From the NCBI GenBank assembly GCA_963728205.1, contig CAVSIV010000006.1, positions 1,280,001 through 1,344,000 on the forward strand: a DNA stretch of 64,000 nucleotides, given 5' to 3'. Source of the DNA: an uncultured Chloroflexia bacterium (GTDB taxonomy: Bacteria; Chloroflexota; Dehalococcoidia; UBA2979). The position numbers and the translations under genes were made by a program. Below, piece by piece: positions 41,521 to 51,795 of the stretch (the stretch's first letter is position 1; each line of letters opens with the position of its first letter). The notes under the pieces were generated by a model. That model worked only from the letters and a program-made list of their open reading frames with translations. It ran no database searches and had not been told where the DNA came from.

Positions 41521-43320
41521 CTAGGTGTTCAGCCAGTAGTAGATGAGCTGCTCCGTCGGACCGCCGTATCCGCGCGTCTGGCGGATGCCGCGGACGCTCG
41601 GCTGGTACGTGTACCAGATGGTCGAGTGCGCGGGCATCGGCACGTAGTACATCTGCTCGTCGCTGATCTTCTGGATCTGCTTGATGTACCCCTGCCGCGT
41701 CGGCCCATCGAGCTCGGTCGCCTGCTTGTGCGTCAGGTCGGTGATCTTCGGGTCGCTGATCTTGCCGTGGTTCGCGGGGTCGTCCCCGAACATGCGGTTG
41801 AAGTAGGAGCCCGCTTCCGGGAACGGCGTCTCGATGCCGTAGGCGAGACCGTGGAAGTCACCACGGAAGGTGTGCGTGATGTACTTCGACGAGTAGTCCT
41901 GCGTCTCCGTCTGCGGCTGCAGGCCGACGTCCTTCAGCCAGTTGCCGGCGGCCTCGGCGTATGAGACCCAGACGCTGCCGTAGCCGTTGCCCGTGTACTG
42001 GTAGGTGAACGGCTGGCTCAGGTCGCCGCCGATCGCCGCGAGCAGCTTCTTCGCCTCCCCCGGGTCGTACTTGAAGAACTTCGATGACGGGCCCTGGTCG
42101 GCCGACTTCGGGTCGAGCCAGAACTTGGGGCCGAAGCCGGCCGGGATGATGTTGTTCCAGTCCATCGACTCGTCGAGGCCGGCGGCCGACAGCTCCTTCA
42201 CGGCCGACTCGAGCTCGAGCGTGCCGTCGCGGTCCATCGCCATCGACACCGCCTGGCGGTAGCGCGCGTCGCGCCACGGGGCCTTCGGGTCCATCGACTC
42301 GGGCGAGAAGTAGATGAAGAAGAGCAGGGCGGTGTTGATGCCGGACCACTGTAGCTTCGTGTTCTGCTGCTTCATCGTGAGGACGTCGTCGGCCTGCGGC
42401 GCGAAGAAGGTGAGGTTGCCGGCCTCGAACTGCGCCTTGCCGTTCGCGTACTCGGGGATGATGGGCTCCTCGATGCCGTCGAGGTACGGGAGGCCCTTCT
42501 CGAAGTACTCGGGGTGCTTCTTGTAGGACATCTTCGAGGAGACGACGTAGTTCGACAGGATCCACGGGCCGCTGCCGATCGGCGTCTTCGCCGGGTCGAA
42601 CCCGCCGTCCGCTTCCTTCGGCTGGATCCAGAGGATGTTGGCGTCGGCGAGGAACTCGAGGAACGTCGGCGACGGCGCGGGCAGCGTGAACTGCATCGTG
42701 TGGTCGTCGACGGCCTTCGCCGTCATCCCCTGCGGGACGAGCGACAGCGCGGGCGACTTGGGGTCCGTGAGCCGCTGCCACGAGAACATGACGTCCTCGG
42801 TCGTGACCTCGCGGCCGTTGACGGGAGCGACGTTCTGGAACTTCGCGCCCTGCTTGAGCTTCACGGTCCAGGTGATGCCGTCCGGGCTCTCGGCCGACTC
42901 CGCGAGGTCGGGGATCGGCTCCTGGCCGTACGGGTTCTTGTCCGGCTGCGCGTCGATGCGGTAGAGGCGGCTGTAGACGTGCGCGGCGACGCCCTTGGCC
43001 GAGTAGCTGAGGTTCGCGTACGGGTCGAGCGAGGTCGGGTCGATGGCGAGCAGGTAGCTGTACGTGCCGCCGGTCTTCGGTCCCTGCGCGGCGGCCGTCG
43101 CGGATGCGGCCGCGGTGGCGCCGCCGGCGGCGGACGTCGATGCGGCCGCGGCGGTGGCCGTCGGCGTGCCGTTGCTGCTCGAACCGCAGCCGATCAGCGC
43201 GGCGCCGGCGATGCCCGACCCGGCGAGCGCCGAGTACTTGAGCAGTGACCGACGGCCGACGCGTCGCCGTATGGCACCGCTCCAGTAGCCCCCGCCTCGC
43301 CCATCGCTTCCGATTCCCAC
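41521..43320 (-). CDS. ABC transporter substrate-binding protein, family 5 (Tat lipoprotein), copy A
   Basis: GRRSLL...ALIGC Tat/lipobox; PDLAESAESPDG, GSGPWIL, LPYLDGI; GGAGGG RBS before GTG. Confidence 0.9.
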   Translation of the reverse strand: MGIGSDGRGGGYWSGAIRRRVGRRSLLKYSALAGSGIAGAALIGCGSSSNGTPTATAAAASTSAAGGATAAASATAAAQGPKTGGTYSYLLAIDPTSLDPYANLSYSAKGVAAHVYSRLYRIDAQPDKNPYGQEPIPDLAESAESPDGITWTVKLKQGAKFQNVAPVNGREVTTEDVMFSWQRLTDPKSPALSLVPQGMTAKAVDDHTMQFTLPAPSPTFLEFLADANILWIQPKEADGGFDPAKTPIGSGPWILSNYVVSSKMSYKKHPEYFEKGLPYLDGIEEPIIPEYANGKAQFEAGNLTFFAPQADDVLTMKQQNTKLQWSGINTALLFFIYFSPESMDPKAPWRDARYRQAVSMAMDRDGTLELESAVKELSAAGLDESMDWNNIIPAGFGPKFWLDPKSADQGPSSKFFKYDPGEAKKLLAAIGGDLSQPFTYQYTGNGYGSVWVSYAEAAGNWLKDVGLQPQTETQDYSSKYITHTFRGDFHGLAYGIETPFPEAGSYFNRMFGDDPANHGKISDPKITDLTHKQATELDGPTRQGYIKQIQKISDEQMYYVPMPAHSTIWYTYQPSVRGIRQTRGYGGPTEQLIYYWLNT

Positions 43321-43375
43321 AGTTCCCTCCGGAATCTGAGCGAGCGGTGGTGGGCGCGCGCGCTCGGTCGGCGCA

Positions 43376-43404
43376 TTCATAATGTCGCCTGTGATTGGGG
43401 TCAA
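43376..43404 (-). promoter_or_regulatory. conserved promoter-like element upstream of SBP copy A
   Basis: TTGACC-17-TATGAA; GACATTATGAATGC is shared with the element upstream of copy B. Confidence 0.55.
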
Positions 43405-43507
43405 CCGCCAGCACGGCTGCGCGGACAGCCGAACCGGCGCCGTTCGAAGCACGCCATGTGCCTCGAGCGGCGCCGGTTCGCGGCGTTCCTGCCGTGATGC
43501 GGACTCG

Positions 43508-45290
43508 TTAGGTGTTGAGCCAGTAGTACAGCAGCTGCTCCGTCGGGCCGCCGTAGCCTCGGGTGGCCCGGATGCCGCGCACCTGCGGCTGGTATGCCGT
43601 CCATGCCGTGGAGTGCGCCGGCAACGGCACGTAGTACATCTGCTCATCGCTGATCTTCTGGATCTGCTTCATGTAGTCGGACCGCGTGTTCGGGTCCATC
43701 TCGACGGCCTGCTTCTTCGTCAGATCGTTGATCTTCGGGTCGTTGATCTTGCCGTGGTTGGCAGGGTCGTCGCCGAACTGGCGGTTGAAGTAGCTCCCGG
43801 CCTCGGGGAACGGCGTCTCGATGCCGTAGGCGATGCCGTGGAAGTCGCCGCGGAACGTGTGCGTGATGTACTTCGAGCTGTAGTCCTGCGTCTCCGTCTG
43901 CGGCTGCAGCCCGGCGTCCTTCATCCAGTTGCCGGCCGCCTCCGCGTAGTGCACCCAGACCGAACCGTAGCCGTTGCCCGTGTACTGGTAGGTGAACGGC
44001 TGGCTCGACGACGCACCGACGGCGTCGAACATCTTCTTCGCCTCGGCCGGGTCGAACTTGAAGAACTTCGCCGACGGGCCCTGCTCGGCCGACTTCGGGT
44101 CGAGCCAGAACTTCGAGCCGAACGACGACGGGATGATGTTGTTCCAGTCCATCGACTCGTCGAGACCGGCGGCCTTCAGCTCCTTGACGGCCGACTCGAG
44201 TTCGAGCGTGCCGTCGCGATCGACGGCCATCGACACGCCCTGGCGGAAGCGCGCGTCGCGCCAGGGGGCGTTCGGGTCCATCGCCTCGGGCGAGAAGTAG
44301 ATGAAGTAGAGCAGCGCCCCGTTGCTGCCGGACCACTGCAGGTTGGCGTCCTGCTTCTTCATCGTGAGGATGTCGTCGGCGGCCGGGACGAAGACGTTGA
44401 GGTTGCCGGCCTCGAACTGCGCCTTGCCGTTCGCGTACTCGGGGATGATCTGGCTCCTCGACGCCGTCGAGGTACGGGAGGCCCTTCTCGAAGTACTCGG
44501 GGTGCTTCTTGTAGGACATCTTCGAGGAGACGACGTAGTTCGAGAGGATCCAGGGCCCGGACCCGATCGGCGTTTTCGTGGGGTCGAACCCGCCGTCCGC
44601 CTCCTTCGGCTGGATCCAGAGGATGTTCGCGTCGGCGAGGAACTCGAGAAACGTCGGCGACGGTGCCGGCAGGGTGAACTGCATCGTGTGATCGTCGACG
44701 GCCTTCGCGGTGAGGCCCTTCGGGACGAGGGACAGCGCGGGTGACTTCGGGTCGGTGAGGCGCTGCCACGAGAACATGACGTCCTCGGTCGTGACCTCGC
44801 GGCCGCTGACCGGCGCGACGTTCTGGAACTTCGCGCCCTGCTTGAGCTTCACGGTCCAGGTGATGCCGTCCGGGCTCTCGGCCGACTCCGCGAGGTCGGG
44901 GATGGGCGACTGCTCATACGGGTTCTTGTCGGGCTGCGCGTCGATGCGATAGAGGCGACTGTAGACGTGCGCCGCGACGCCCTTGGCCGAGTAGCTGAGG
45001 TTGGCGTACGGGTCGAGCGAGGTCGGGTCGATGGCGAGCAGGTAGCTGTAGGTGCCGCCGGTCTTCGGGCCCTGCGCGGCGGGGGTCGACGTGGGGGCGG
45101 CGGTCGCGGAGCCCGCCGCCGTCGTTGGTACGGAAGCGGTTGTCGTAGGCGTGCCGTTGCTGCTCGAACCGCAGCCGATGAGGGCGGCGCCGGCGATGCC
45201 GGAGCCCGCGAGCGCGCTGTACCGCAGCAGCGAGCGCCGACCGATGCGACCGCGTGCGGCGCGGCTCCAGTACGAGCGTTGCCGGTCCAT
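43508..45290 (-). CDS. ABC transporter substrate-binding protein, family 5, copy B (1-nt frameshift near 44452)
   Basis: Highly similar to copy A; split across ORFs 43644-45371 and 43508-44362 at LDGVEE/IIPEY. Confidence 0.85.
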
Positions 45291-45367
45291 TCCGGTGGGT
45301 TCGGTGTTCAACAGGCCCCTCCAGGTCTCGGGGGCGAATCGTGAAGGTGGACGCCCCCGAATTGGCG

Positions 45368-45399
45368 GCATTCATAATGTCGTATGTAATGGGCGTCAA
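45368..45399 (-). promoter_or_regulatory. conserved promoter-like element upstream of SBP copy B
   Basis: TTGACGCCCATTACATACGACATTATGAATGC. Confidence 0.55.
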
Positions 45400-45426
45400 C
45401 CCGGCGGTGCGTGGGAGTAGCGCGCG

Positions 45427-46737
45427 CTACTCCCGCTGCGTGACGACGCCGGCCGCCACCAGCGCCGCGACCTCCGCGTCCGCGAGCCCGCACTCGCGGA
45501 GCACCTCCGCGGAGTGCTGGCCGAGCGCCGGCGCCGGGCGGGTGGCAACCACCGGCGTCACCGACATGCGCGCGAGCGGGCTCACGACGCGCTGGGGGCC
45601 GGTCACCGGGTGCTCGAGCGGCGTCATCATCCCCATCGCTCTGACCTGCTCGTCGTCGGACATCTCCTCGGCGAGGTGCACCGTCGATGCCGGCACGCCG
45701 GCCTCGACAAACGTCGATTCCCACTCCTCGGCCGGCCTGGCCATCAGCTTGCCCTGGATCTCGGCGCGCCAGCCCTCCACGAGGTCGTCCGCGCCGGGCG
45801 CGGCGGCGTCGAAGTCGGGCGAGTCCGTGTCGTCGTGCATGTCGAGGATGCGGCGGATCGTGTCGCGATTCTGCTGCGTGATCGCGCCGAGGATGAGCGC
45901 GCCCTGCTGCGTGTCGTAGCCGCGGTAGTAGAGGCGGTGCGACGTCAGCCGCGTGGTGCCGTCGCGCAGCGCGAGCATCTCGCGATAGGACTTTCCCTCC
46001 GCGCGCGCCGCCCGCATGCGGGCGAGCAGCGGGTCCCGCTGCGTGGCGTCGTGCACCGGCTCGCGCATCACCTTGTTCGACATCAGCTCGAGCGCGGTCT
46101 GCAGCAGCGACAGCCGGATCTCCTGGCCGCGGCCGGTGCGCGCGCGCTCGAACAGCGCGGCGCAGATCGCCATCGCGGCGGCGAAGGCGGTGCCCCGGTC
46201 GATGAACGGGGTCGCCTGCAGCCACAGTGGCGCGCCGTCGTCGTCGATCTTCCCCTCGGCGGCGATCATCCCCGAGTACGCCTGTGTCGCGATGTCCGAT
46301 CCCGCGCGCGTCGCGTACGGCCCGGCGTCGCCGAAGCCGGTGATGCTCGCCACGATGACGTCGGGCCGCACCGCGCGCAGCGACGCGTAGTCGATGCCGA
46401 GCCGCTCGGGCACGCCGGCGCGGTAGTTGCTGAGCACGACGTCGAAGTGCGGCGCCAGCCGGCGGACGAGGTCGCGCCCCTCGGGCCGCGCGAGGTCGAC
46501 GGTAAGCGAGCGCTTGCCGCGGTTCAGCGACTGGAAGTACTTGCCCTCGTTGGGCACGACGGCGCCGCTGTTGCGGCGGTCCTCGCCGCCGGGCGGCTCG
46601 ACCTTCACGACGTCCGCGCCGAGGTCCGAGAGGTGAATGCCTGCGACGGGCCCCGCGATGATCTGCGAGAACTCGAGGACGCGGATGCCGCGCAGCGGCC
46701 CGCCCGGGGCGTCGTTGGTGTCGTCGACGGAGGTCAT
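45427..46737 (-). CDS. CaiB/BaiF family III CoA-transferase
   Basis: PLRGIRVLEF, DLGADVVKVEPP, LNRGKRSL, ITGFGDAGPY, PAPALGQHS. Confidence 0.92.
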   Translation of the reverse strand: MTSVDDTNDAPGGPLRGIRVLEFSQIIAGPVAGIHLSDLGADVVKVEPPGGEDRRNSGAVVPNEGKYFQSLNRGKRSLTVDLARPEGRDLVRRLAPHFDVVLSNYRAGVPERLGIDYASLRAVRPDVIVASITGFGDAGPYATRAGSDIATQAYSGMIAAEGKIDDDGAPLWLQATPFIDRGTAFAAAMAICAALFERARTGRGQEIRLSLLQTALELMSNKVMREPVHDATQRDPLLARMRAARAEGKSYREMLALRDGTTRLTSHRLYYRGYDTQQGALILGAITQQNRDTIRRILDMHDDTDSPDFDAAAPGADDLVEGWRAEIQGKLMARPAEEWESTFVEAGVPASTVHLAEEMSDDEQVRAMGMMTPLEHPVTGPQRVVSPLARMSVTPVVATRPAPALGQHSAEVLRECGLADAEVAALVAAGVVTQRE

Positions 46738-46803
46738 TGCCGCGTGCGCGGCACGCGCTCCGCGTGCGCGCCGTGCGGACGATGGCCCTCGCCGCCGTCT
46801 GGG

Positions 46804-47991
46804 TTATCCACGCGGCAGCCCGAGGCCCCGCGTCGCGATCACGTTCCGCTGCACCTCGGAGGTGCCGCCGCGGATCGTCGCGGGGACCGAGCGGATGTAC
46901 GCGTTCGTGTAGCCGCCGGCGGGCGTGCCGTCGTCCCACCGGTTCGCGGCGAGGCCGAACGCGCGCGTCGCGGTGAGCGCGAGACGCTGTCCGAGCTCCG
47001 AGGCGAACAACTTCGCCGTCGATGCCTCGTAGTTCGGGATCACGCCGCGGTTCTGCATCGAGATGATGCGCAGCGAGAAGTTGAACATCACCTCGGTCTC
47101 GACGTAGCGGTCGGCGATCGCACCGCGCGTCGCCGGCGGCGGGTTGCGGCGCTCGGCGCGCAGGTCGGCGATCAGGCCGTCGATGGTGCGCCGCGCGCCG
47201 ACGGCCGCGGAGATGTTCGAGCGCTCGAAGTCGAGCAGCGTCATCGCGACGTACCAGCCGCGGTTCTCGTCACCGACGAGATTGCGGGCAGGCACCCGGA
47301 CATCTTCGAAGAACGTCTCGTTGAAGTAGTGGTGCTCGCCCATGTCGATCAGCGGGCGGACGGAGAGGCCGGGCGCCTTGATGTCGTCGATCAGCAGGAA
47401 CGAGATGCCGCGGTGCTTCTCGGCGTCGGGGTCGGTGCGCACGAGCGCGAAGATGGCGTCGGCGGTGTGCGCGCCCGACGTCCAGATCTTCTGGCCGTTC
47501 ACGACGAAGTCGTCGCCGTCGCGCCGCGCTGAGGTCTGGAGCGAGGCGAGGTCGGAGCCCGAGCCGGGCTCGGAGTAGCCCTGCGCCCAGGCGACCTCGC
47601 CGCGCAGGATCGGCGGGAGGTACTGCGCCTTCTGCTCGTCGCTGCCGTGGACGATCAGCGTGGGGCCGAGCAGGCGCACGCCCGAGCCGCCCACGCCCGG
47701 GGCGCCGGCCGCGGCGAATTCCGCGTTGAGGATGAACTGCTCGTTGGGCGAGAGGCCGGCGCCGCCGTACTCGACGGGCCACTCCGGCGCGACCCAGCGG
47801 CGCTCCGTGAGCGCGGCCTGCCACGCGAGCGCGGCCTCGCGCGCGGCGGGGTCGTCCGACTTGCGGTCGAACTCCCACGCGCGCTCCTCGGGGCCCTCGC
47901 CGCGGCGGTAGCGGTCCGGCAGGCGCTCCTCGATCAGCGCGCGCACCTGCGCGCGGAACGCGGCCTGCTCCGGCGAGTCGTTCCAGTCCAT
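46804..47991 (-). CDS. acyl-CoA dehydrogenase
   Basis: [44 protein letters not shown]. Confidence 0.93.
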   Translation of the reverse strand: MDWNDSPEQAAFRAQVRALIEERLPDRYRRGEGPEERAWEFDRKSDDPAAREAALAWQAALTERRWVAPEWPVEYGGAGLSPNEQFILNAEFAAAGAPGVGGSGVRLLGPTLIVHGSDEQKAQYLPPILRGEVAWAQGYSEPGSGSDLASLQTSARRDGDDFVVNGQKIWTSGAHTADAIFALVRTDPDAEKHRGISFLLIDDIKAPGLSVRPLIDMGEHHYFNETFFEDVRVPARNLVGDENRGWYVAMTLLDFERSNISAAVGARRTIDGLIADLRAERRNPPPATRGAIADRYVETEVMFNFSLRIISMQNRGVIPNYEASTAKLFASELGQRLALTATRAFGLAANRWDDGTPAGGYTNAYIRSVPATIRGGTSEVQRNVIATRGLGLPRG

Positions 47992-48097
47992 GCGAGCACC
48001 TCCGTCGCGGCGCCCACTGTAATGGGTTCGATTCGAGGGGGCGTGCGGCGGCGTACGATGCGCGCCGCCCGGCGCTGACGACGAGGGGAGCATCGCG

Positions 48098-48886
48098 ATG
48101 CACGACGTGGACGGCCTGCGGTTCGAGCGCGACGGCGGCGTGGCGACGGTCACGTTCGACCGCCCGGAGAAGCTCAACGCGATCACCTTCGCGATGGTCG
48201 AGGGGATCACGGAGTTCGCGCAGGAGTGCGGCCGCGACGACGACGTGCGCGCGATCGTGATCACCGGCAGCGGGCGCGCCTTCTCGTCGGGCGACGACAT
48301 CGTCAGCGGCATGGGCGACCGCCCGGCGTTCCGCGGCATGAGCACCGACCGCGGCGCGCACTACCACCTCGTGCGGACGCTGCTCTCGGTGCCGAAGCCG
48401 GTGGTCGCCGCGCTCAACGGCCGCTGCCACGGCGCGGGCTGGGTGACGGCGCTGGCCAGCGATTTCCGCGTCGCGCGCTCCGACGTGCTGATTGGCGACA
48501 TCCGCTCGGAGAAGGCGATCTTCGCGAACCAGGGCGTGGGGCTGCTGCTGCCGCGGCTGATCGGCGCGTCGCGCGCGATGGACTTGCTGGTGACCGGCCG
48601 CGTGATCGACGCCGCCGAGGCGGAGCGCTACGGCATCCTCGTCCGCGTGTGGGAGCCCGACGCCTGGGAGCACGAGCTGGCGGCGTTCGTGGGCGCGCTC
48701 GCCGCCGGGCCGACGCGCACCTACGCGGCGTGGAAGGCGAGCGTGAACCGCGGGACGCTGATCGAGCTCGAGGCGTACACGGACCATGAGCGGATGCTGA
48801 ACCTGCAGCTCGCCGACTCAGAGGACCGCAAGGAGGGCGTGCAGGCATTCCGCGAGAAGCGCGCGCCGCACTTCAGCGGGCGGTAG
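48098..48886 (+). CDS. enoyl-CoA hydratase/isomerase family protein
   Basis: DRPEKLNA, GRAFSSGDD, KPVVAALNG, EGVQAFREKR. Confidence 0.9.
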   Translation: MHDVDGLRFERDGGVATVTFDRPEKLNAITFAMVEGITEFAQECGRDDDVRAIVITGSGRAFSSGDDIVSGMGDRPAFRGMSTDRGAHYHLVRTLLSVPKPVVAALNGRCHGAGWVTALASDFRVARSDVLIGDIRSEKAIFANQGVGLLLPRLIGASRAMDLLVTGRVIDAAEAERYGILVRVWEPDAWEHELAAFVGALAAGPTRTYAAWKASVNRGTLIELEAYTDHERMLNLQLADSEDRKEGVQAFREKRAPHFSGR

Positions 48887-48921
48887 GCGCGGCGTCCCGC
48901 ATGCCGCGTGGCCTCGTCGCA

Positions 48922-49084
48922 ACCGGCGGCAGACAGCCGCCGATGGGGGCGGCGCCGGTCGCCGGATTGGGCCAAGCGGCGGCAGACATGCCGCCGACGC
49001 GGGAGGCGGCGCCGGCCGACGAACGGCGGCGAACGGCGGCGTATCGCCGCCGGCACGTCGGCGGCGTGTCTGCCGCCGCTTGCG
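48922..49084. repeat. cluster (BIME-like) of REP-like palindromes between convergent genes
   Basis: CGGCGGCAGACAGCCGCCG, AAGCGGCGGCAGACATGCCGCCGAC, GTCGGCGGCGTGTCTGCCGCCGCTT. Confidence 0.75.
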
Positions 49085-49100
49085 GCAAGGTCACGCGGCG

Positions 49101-49346
49101 TCAGGGCGTCGGCTGGCCAATCAGCGTTGTCGTGGAGCGGATGCCGGGGATCGCACGCAAGCGCGCGAAGACGAAGTCGTGCAGGTCCTGCAGCGACGCC
49201 GCGTGCACCTTCACCACCATGTCGTAGGCGCCCATCACGTGGTGCGCGTCGACGACGCCGGGCTCGTCGCGCAGCGCGGCCTCGACGCCGGCGAGCGCGC
49301 CGGGTTCGATCACGAGCAGCGAGAAGGCGGTCACCTCTGAGGCCAA
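49101..49346 (-). CDS. Lrp/AsnC ligand-binding domain protein (standalone)
   Basis: GVVDAHHVMGAYDMVVKV, LRAIPGIRSTTTLI. Confidence 0.85.
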   Translation of the reverse strand: MASEVTAFSLLVIEPGALAGVEAALRDEPGVVDAHHVMGAYDMVVKVHAASLQDLHDFVFARLRAIPGIRSTTTLIGQPTP

Positions 49347-49473
49347 CGTGCGTCTCCCAACCGCGCGGACCGGCGGCCGGGCGTGGGGCGCGCGACCTCC
49401 GACAATCTCGCCTGTTCGGCGCAGCAGGGCAAGCCCCGGGGGGCAGCGGCGCGCGGTCGCCGACGCGTCCGTG

Positions 49474-49887
49474 CTACGGCCGGTACTCCATCACCGATTC
49501 GTCCGGTGTGGCGAAGCCGAAGCGCGCGTAGAGCCCGTGCGCGTCGCGCGTGTGGAGGAGCCAGCGCTTGACGCGCGGCCCGCCCTCGATTGCCTCGCGG
49601 ACCAGGGCGACGCCCAGGCCGCGGCCGCGCGCTTCCGCGACGACGTAGACGTCGGCCAGGTAGGCGAACGTGGCGCCGTCCGAGACCACGCGGCAGAAGC
49701 CCACCTGCGCGCCGTCGCGGTACAGGCCGACGACACGCGTGGCCTCGCGCACCAGCCGCGCGACTTCGGCCCGACTGCGCCCGAGCGCCCAGTACGACTG
49801 CTCGGAGAGGAACGCCTGCACGGCGTCGACGTCGATGCGCGCGGGGTGGTCGTCGAGCGTGAACCCGTCCGGGAGGTCGCGTCGCAT
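49474..49887 (-). CDS. GNAT family N-acetyltransferase
   Basis: SYWALGRS, QVGFCRVVSDGATFAYLADVYV, RGRGLG, TRDAHGLYARFGF. Confidence 0.9.
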   Translation of the reverse strand: MRRDLPDGFTLDDHPARIDVDAVQAFLSEQSYWALGRSRAEVARLVREATRVVGLYRDGAQVGFCRVVSDGATFAYLADVYVVAEARGRGLGVALVREAIEGGPRVKRWLLHTRDAHGLYARFGFATPDESVMEYRP

Positions 49888-50036
49888 CGGTTCACCTCCT
49901 GTCGGGGAGCGAGGCGGAACAGCCTAGCGCGGCCGGCCGCAGGTCCGCCCCTCCGGGCGACCGGGACGCGAAGAAGTCCATCGTGAGCGGGCCGCGCCGG
50001 GGCACTACCGTGCTCGGAGCGAGGAGGAGCCGGTCG

Positions 50037-50444
50037 ATGGCCGACCAGGACGACGTCCGCCGCATTGCGCTCGCGCTCCCCGAGACCGTCGAGGACGAGG
50101 ACCACTTCGGCTTCCACGTGCTGAGTCGCGGCAAGCGCAGGCAGTTCGCGTGGGCGTGGAACGAGCGCGTCGTGCCGAAGCGGCCGCGCGTGCCGCGGCC
50201 GGACGTCCTCGCGGTGCGCGTCGCGAGCCTCGCCGACAAGGACGCGCTCCTCGCCGTCGACCCCGACCGCTTCTTCACGGAGCCGCACTACAACGGGTTC
50301 CCCGCGGTGCTCGTGCGGCTCGCCATGGTCGAGCTCGACGAGCTCGAGGACCTGATCGTGGACGCGTGGCGCGTCCTCGCGCCGCGGGCGCTGGTGCGGG
50401 AGTTCGACGCCCGGGGAGAGGATGGGCGCGCGGCGCGGGCGTAA
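50037..50444 (+). CDS. MmcQ/YjbR family DNA-binding protein
   Basis: DVRRIALALP, FFTEPHYNGFPAVLVRL, LIVDAW. Confidence 0.85.
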   Translation: MADQDDVRRIALALPETVEDEDHFGFHVLSRGKRRQFAWAWNERVVPKRPRVPRPDVLAVRVASLADKDALLAVDPDRFFTEPHYNGFPAVLVRLAMVELDELEDLIVDAWRVLAPRALVREFDARGEDGRAARA

Positions 50445-50478
50445 ACGGTGCCGCGGCGCACGGAGGGAGGAGAACGCC

Positions 50479-50775
50479 ATGGACGAGCGCACGGAGCTGG
50501 GCTCACTGCTCGACGCGCGGATCGCGGACGCGACGGTCGTGGAGGTGGTGCTCGCGCTCGCCACCGCGTCTGCGTTCTTCACACTCCTGTCGCAGCTGGG
50601 TGATCGACTGTTCTCGTTCATGGACGCACGCTACCCGACGTACTCGAACGCGTTCCTGCTGGCGGCGGTGGCCGCGTTCGTCGTGTGCGGCGGGCTGCTT
50701 GTCCTCGCGACGCGGCGGCGCTTGCGCATCGACCGCGACGCGGAGGTCGACGCCGCCCCGGACGGCGCGCGCTGA
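50479..50775 (+). CDS. small membrane protein
   Basis: Two hydrophobic segments; AGGAG RBS. Confidence 0.6.
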   Translation: MDERTELGSLLDARIADATVVEVVLALATASAFFTLLSQLGDRLFSFMDARYPTYSNAFLLAAVAAFVVCGGLLVLATRRRLRIDRDAEVDAAPDGAR

Positions 50776-50783
50776 CGCCCCCG

Positions 50784-51311
50784 ATGTCGATCACGTGCGC
50801 GGGATGCGGGGCGTTCCTGCCGCCCGGCGACTGGGTCATCGACCCGCGCGTCAACGCGTCGGGTGCGTGCCTGGAGCGGCGAGCGCGCGTGCTCGGGTTC
50901 GAGGCCGACCACATGGTCGCGGTCGGGCACCTGCACCAGCTGACGGTTGACGCGTACGGCGCGCAGCACGGGGGGCCGCGCGCACCGGCCATCGCGGTGC
51001 CGTTCGCGCTGATCGGGCTGCACCTGGCGCTCGACGCCGGCATGAGCGGCCTCGCGGTGCGCGGTGCGCACCAGCACCTCGCGCGGGGCGGCGGCCCGTG
51101 GCCGGCGTTCGTCGCGCCGGCGGCGCCCGCGTGGTCGACGGCGGCCGACGTGGCCGCGGCGACCGGCGTCGCGGCGTACGTTGCCGCGGTGCACGACTGG
51201 GCGGCGTCGGTGTGGGCGGCGTGGCGTCAGGAGCACGAGCGGGTGCGCGCGTGGGCGGAGGCGGAGCTTCCGCCCGAGGTGCGCGCGCGGATCGCGGGCG
51301 GCGCGGCGTGA
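50784..51311 (+). CDS. hypothetical protein (DUF5946-like)
   Basis: CAGCG, HQLTVDAYGAQH, ALIGLHL, WAASVWAAW. Confidence 0.7.
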   Translation: MSITCAGCGAFLPPGDWVIDPRVNASGACLERRARVLGFEADHMVAVGHLHQLTVDAYGAQHGGPRAPAIAVPFALIGLHLALDAGMSGLAVRGAHQHLARGGGPWPAFVAPAAPAWSTAADVAAATGVAAYVAAVHDWAASVWAAWRQEHERVRAWAEAELPPEVRARIAGGAA

Positions 51312-51321
51312 GGACGAACCG

Positions 51322-51795
51322 CTAGGGACCGCGGTCGCGGCGCGTGACGCGCCCGTCCGCGTCGATCTCGCCCAGGTGCACGCGCGTCGCCTTGATCGGC
51401 CGGCCGTCGTCGGCCAGCACGTAGGGGGCGACGACGACGCGCAGCGGCGCCAGCCCGCGGCGCTCGCGCTGCGCGTTGATCGAGCCGGCGGTGCCCGCGG
51501 TCTCCGCCGTCACCGCGATGGCGTCGTACACCGGCTCGAGCGCGAAGCCGAACGGGTGGTCGATCGCCACGATCGTTGCACGCGCGGCATAGCCGTGGGC
51601 GGCCAGGAACGCCTCGAGATCGGCGACGCGCTCGCGCCACGGCCGCACGCGTCGAGCGCGGTGCGCGTTCGCGAAGTCGTCGGTGGTGACGCCGATCGCG
51701 ACGCCCTCGTCGCCGGCGGCGAAGGCGGCGTCCAGCAGCGCGTGGTGGCCGCGGTGGAGGACGTCGAAGGTGCCGCCCATCGCGACGCGCGTCAT
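51322..51795 (-). CDS. coaD: phosphopantetheine adenylyltransferase, archaeal/eukaryotic type
   Basis: VAMGGTFDVLHRGHHALL, IGVTTDDF, INAQRERRGLAPL, VLADDGRPIKATRVHLGEID. Confidence 0.75.
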   Translation of the reverse strand: MTRVAMGGTFDVLHRGHHALLDAAFAAGDEGVAIGVTTDDFANAHRARRVRPWRERVADLEAFLAAHGYAARATIVAIDHPFGFALEPVYDAIAVTAETAGTAGSINAQRERRGLAPLRVVVAPYVLADDGRPIKATRVHLGEIDADGRVTRRDRGP

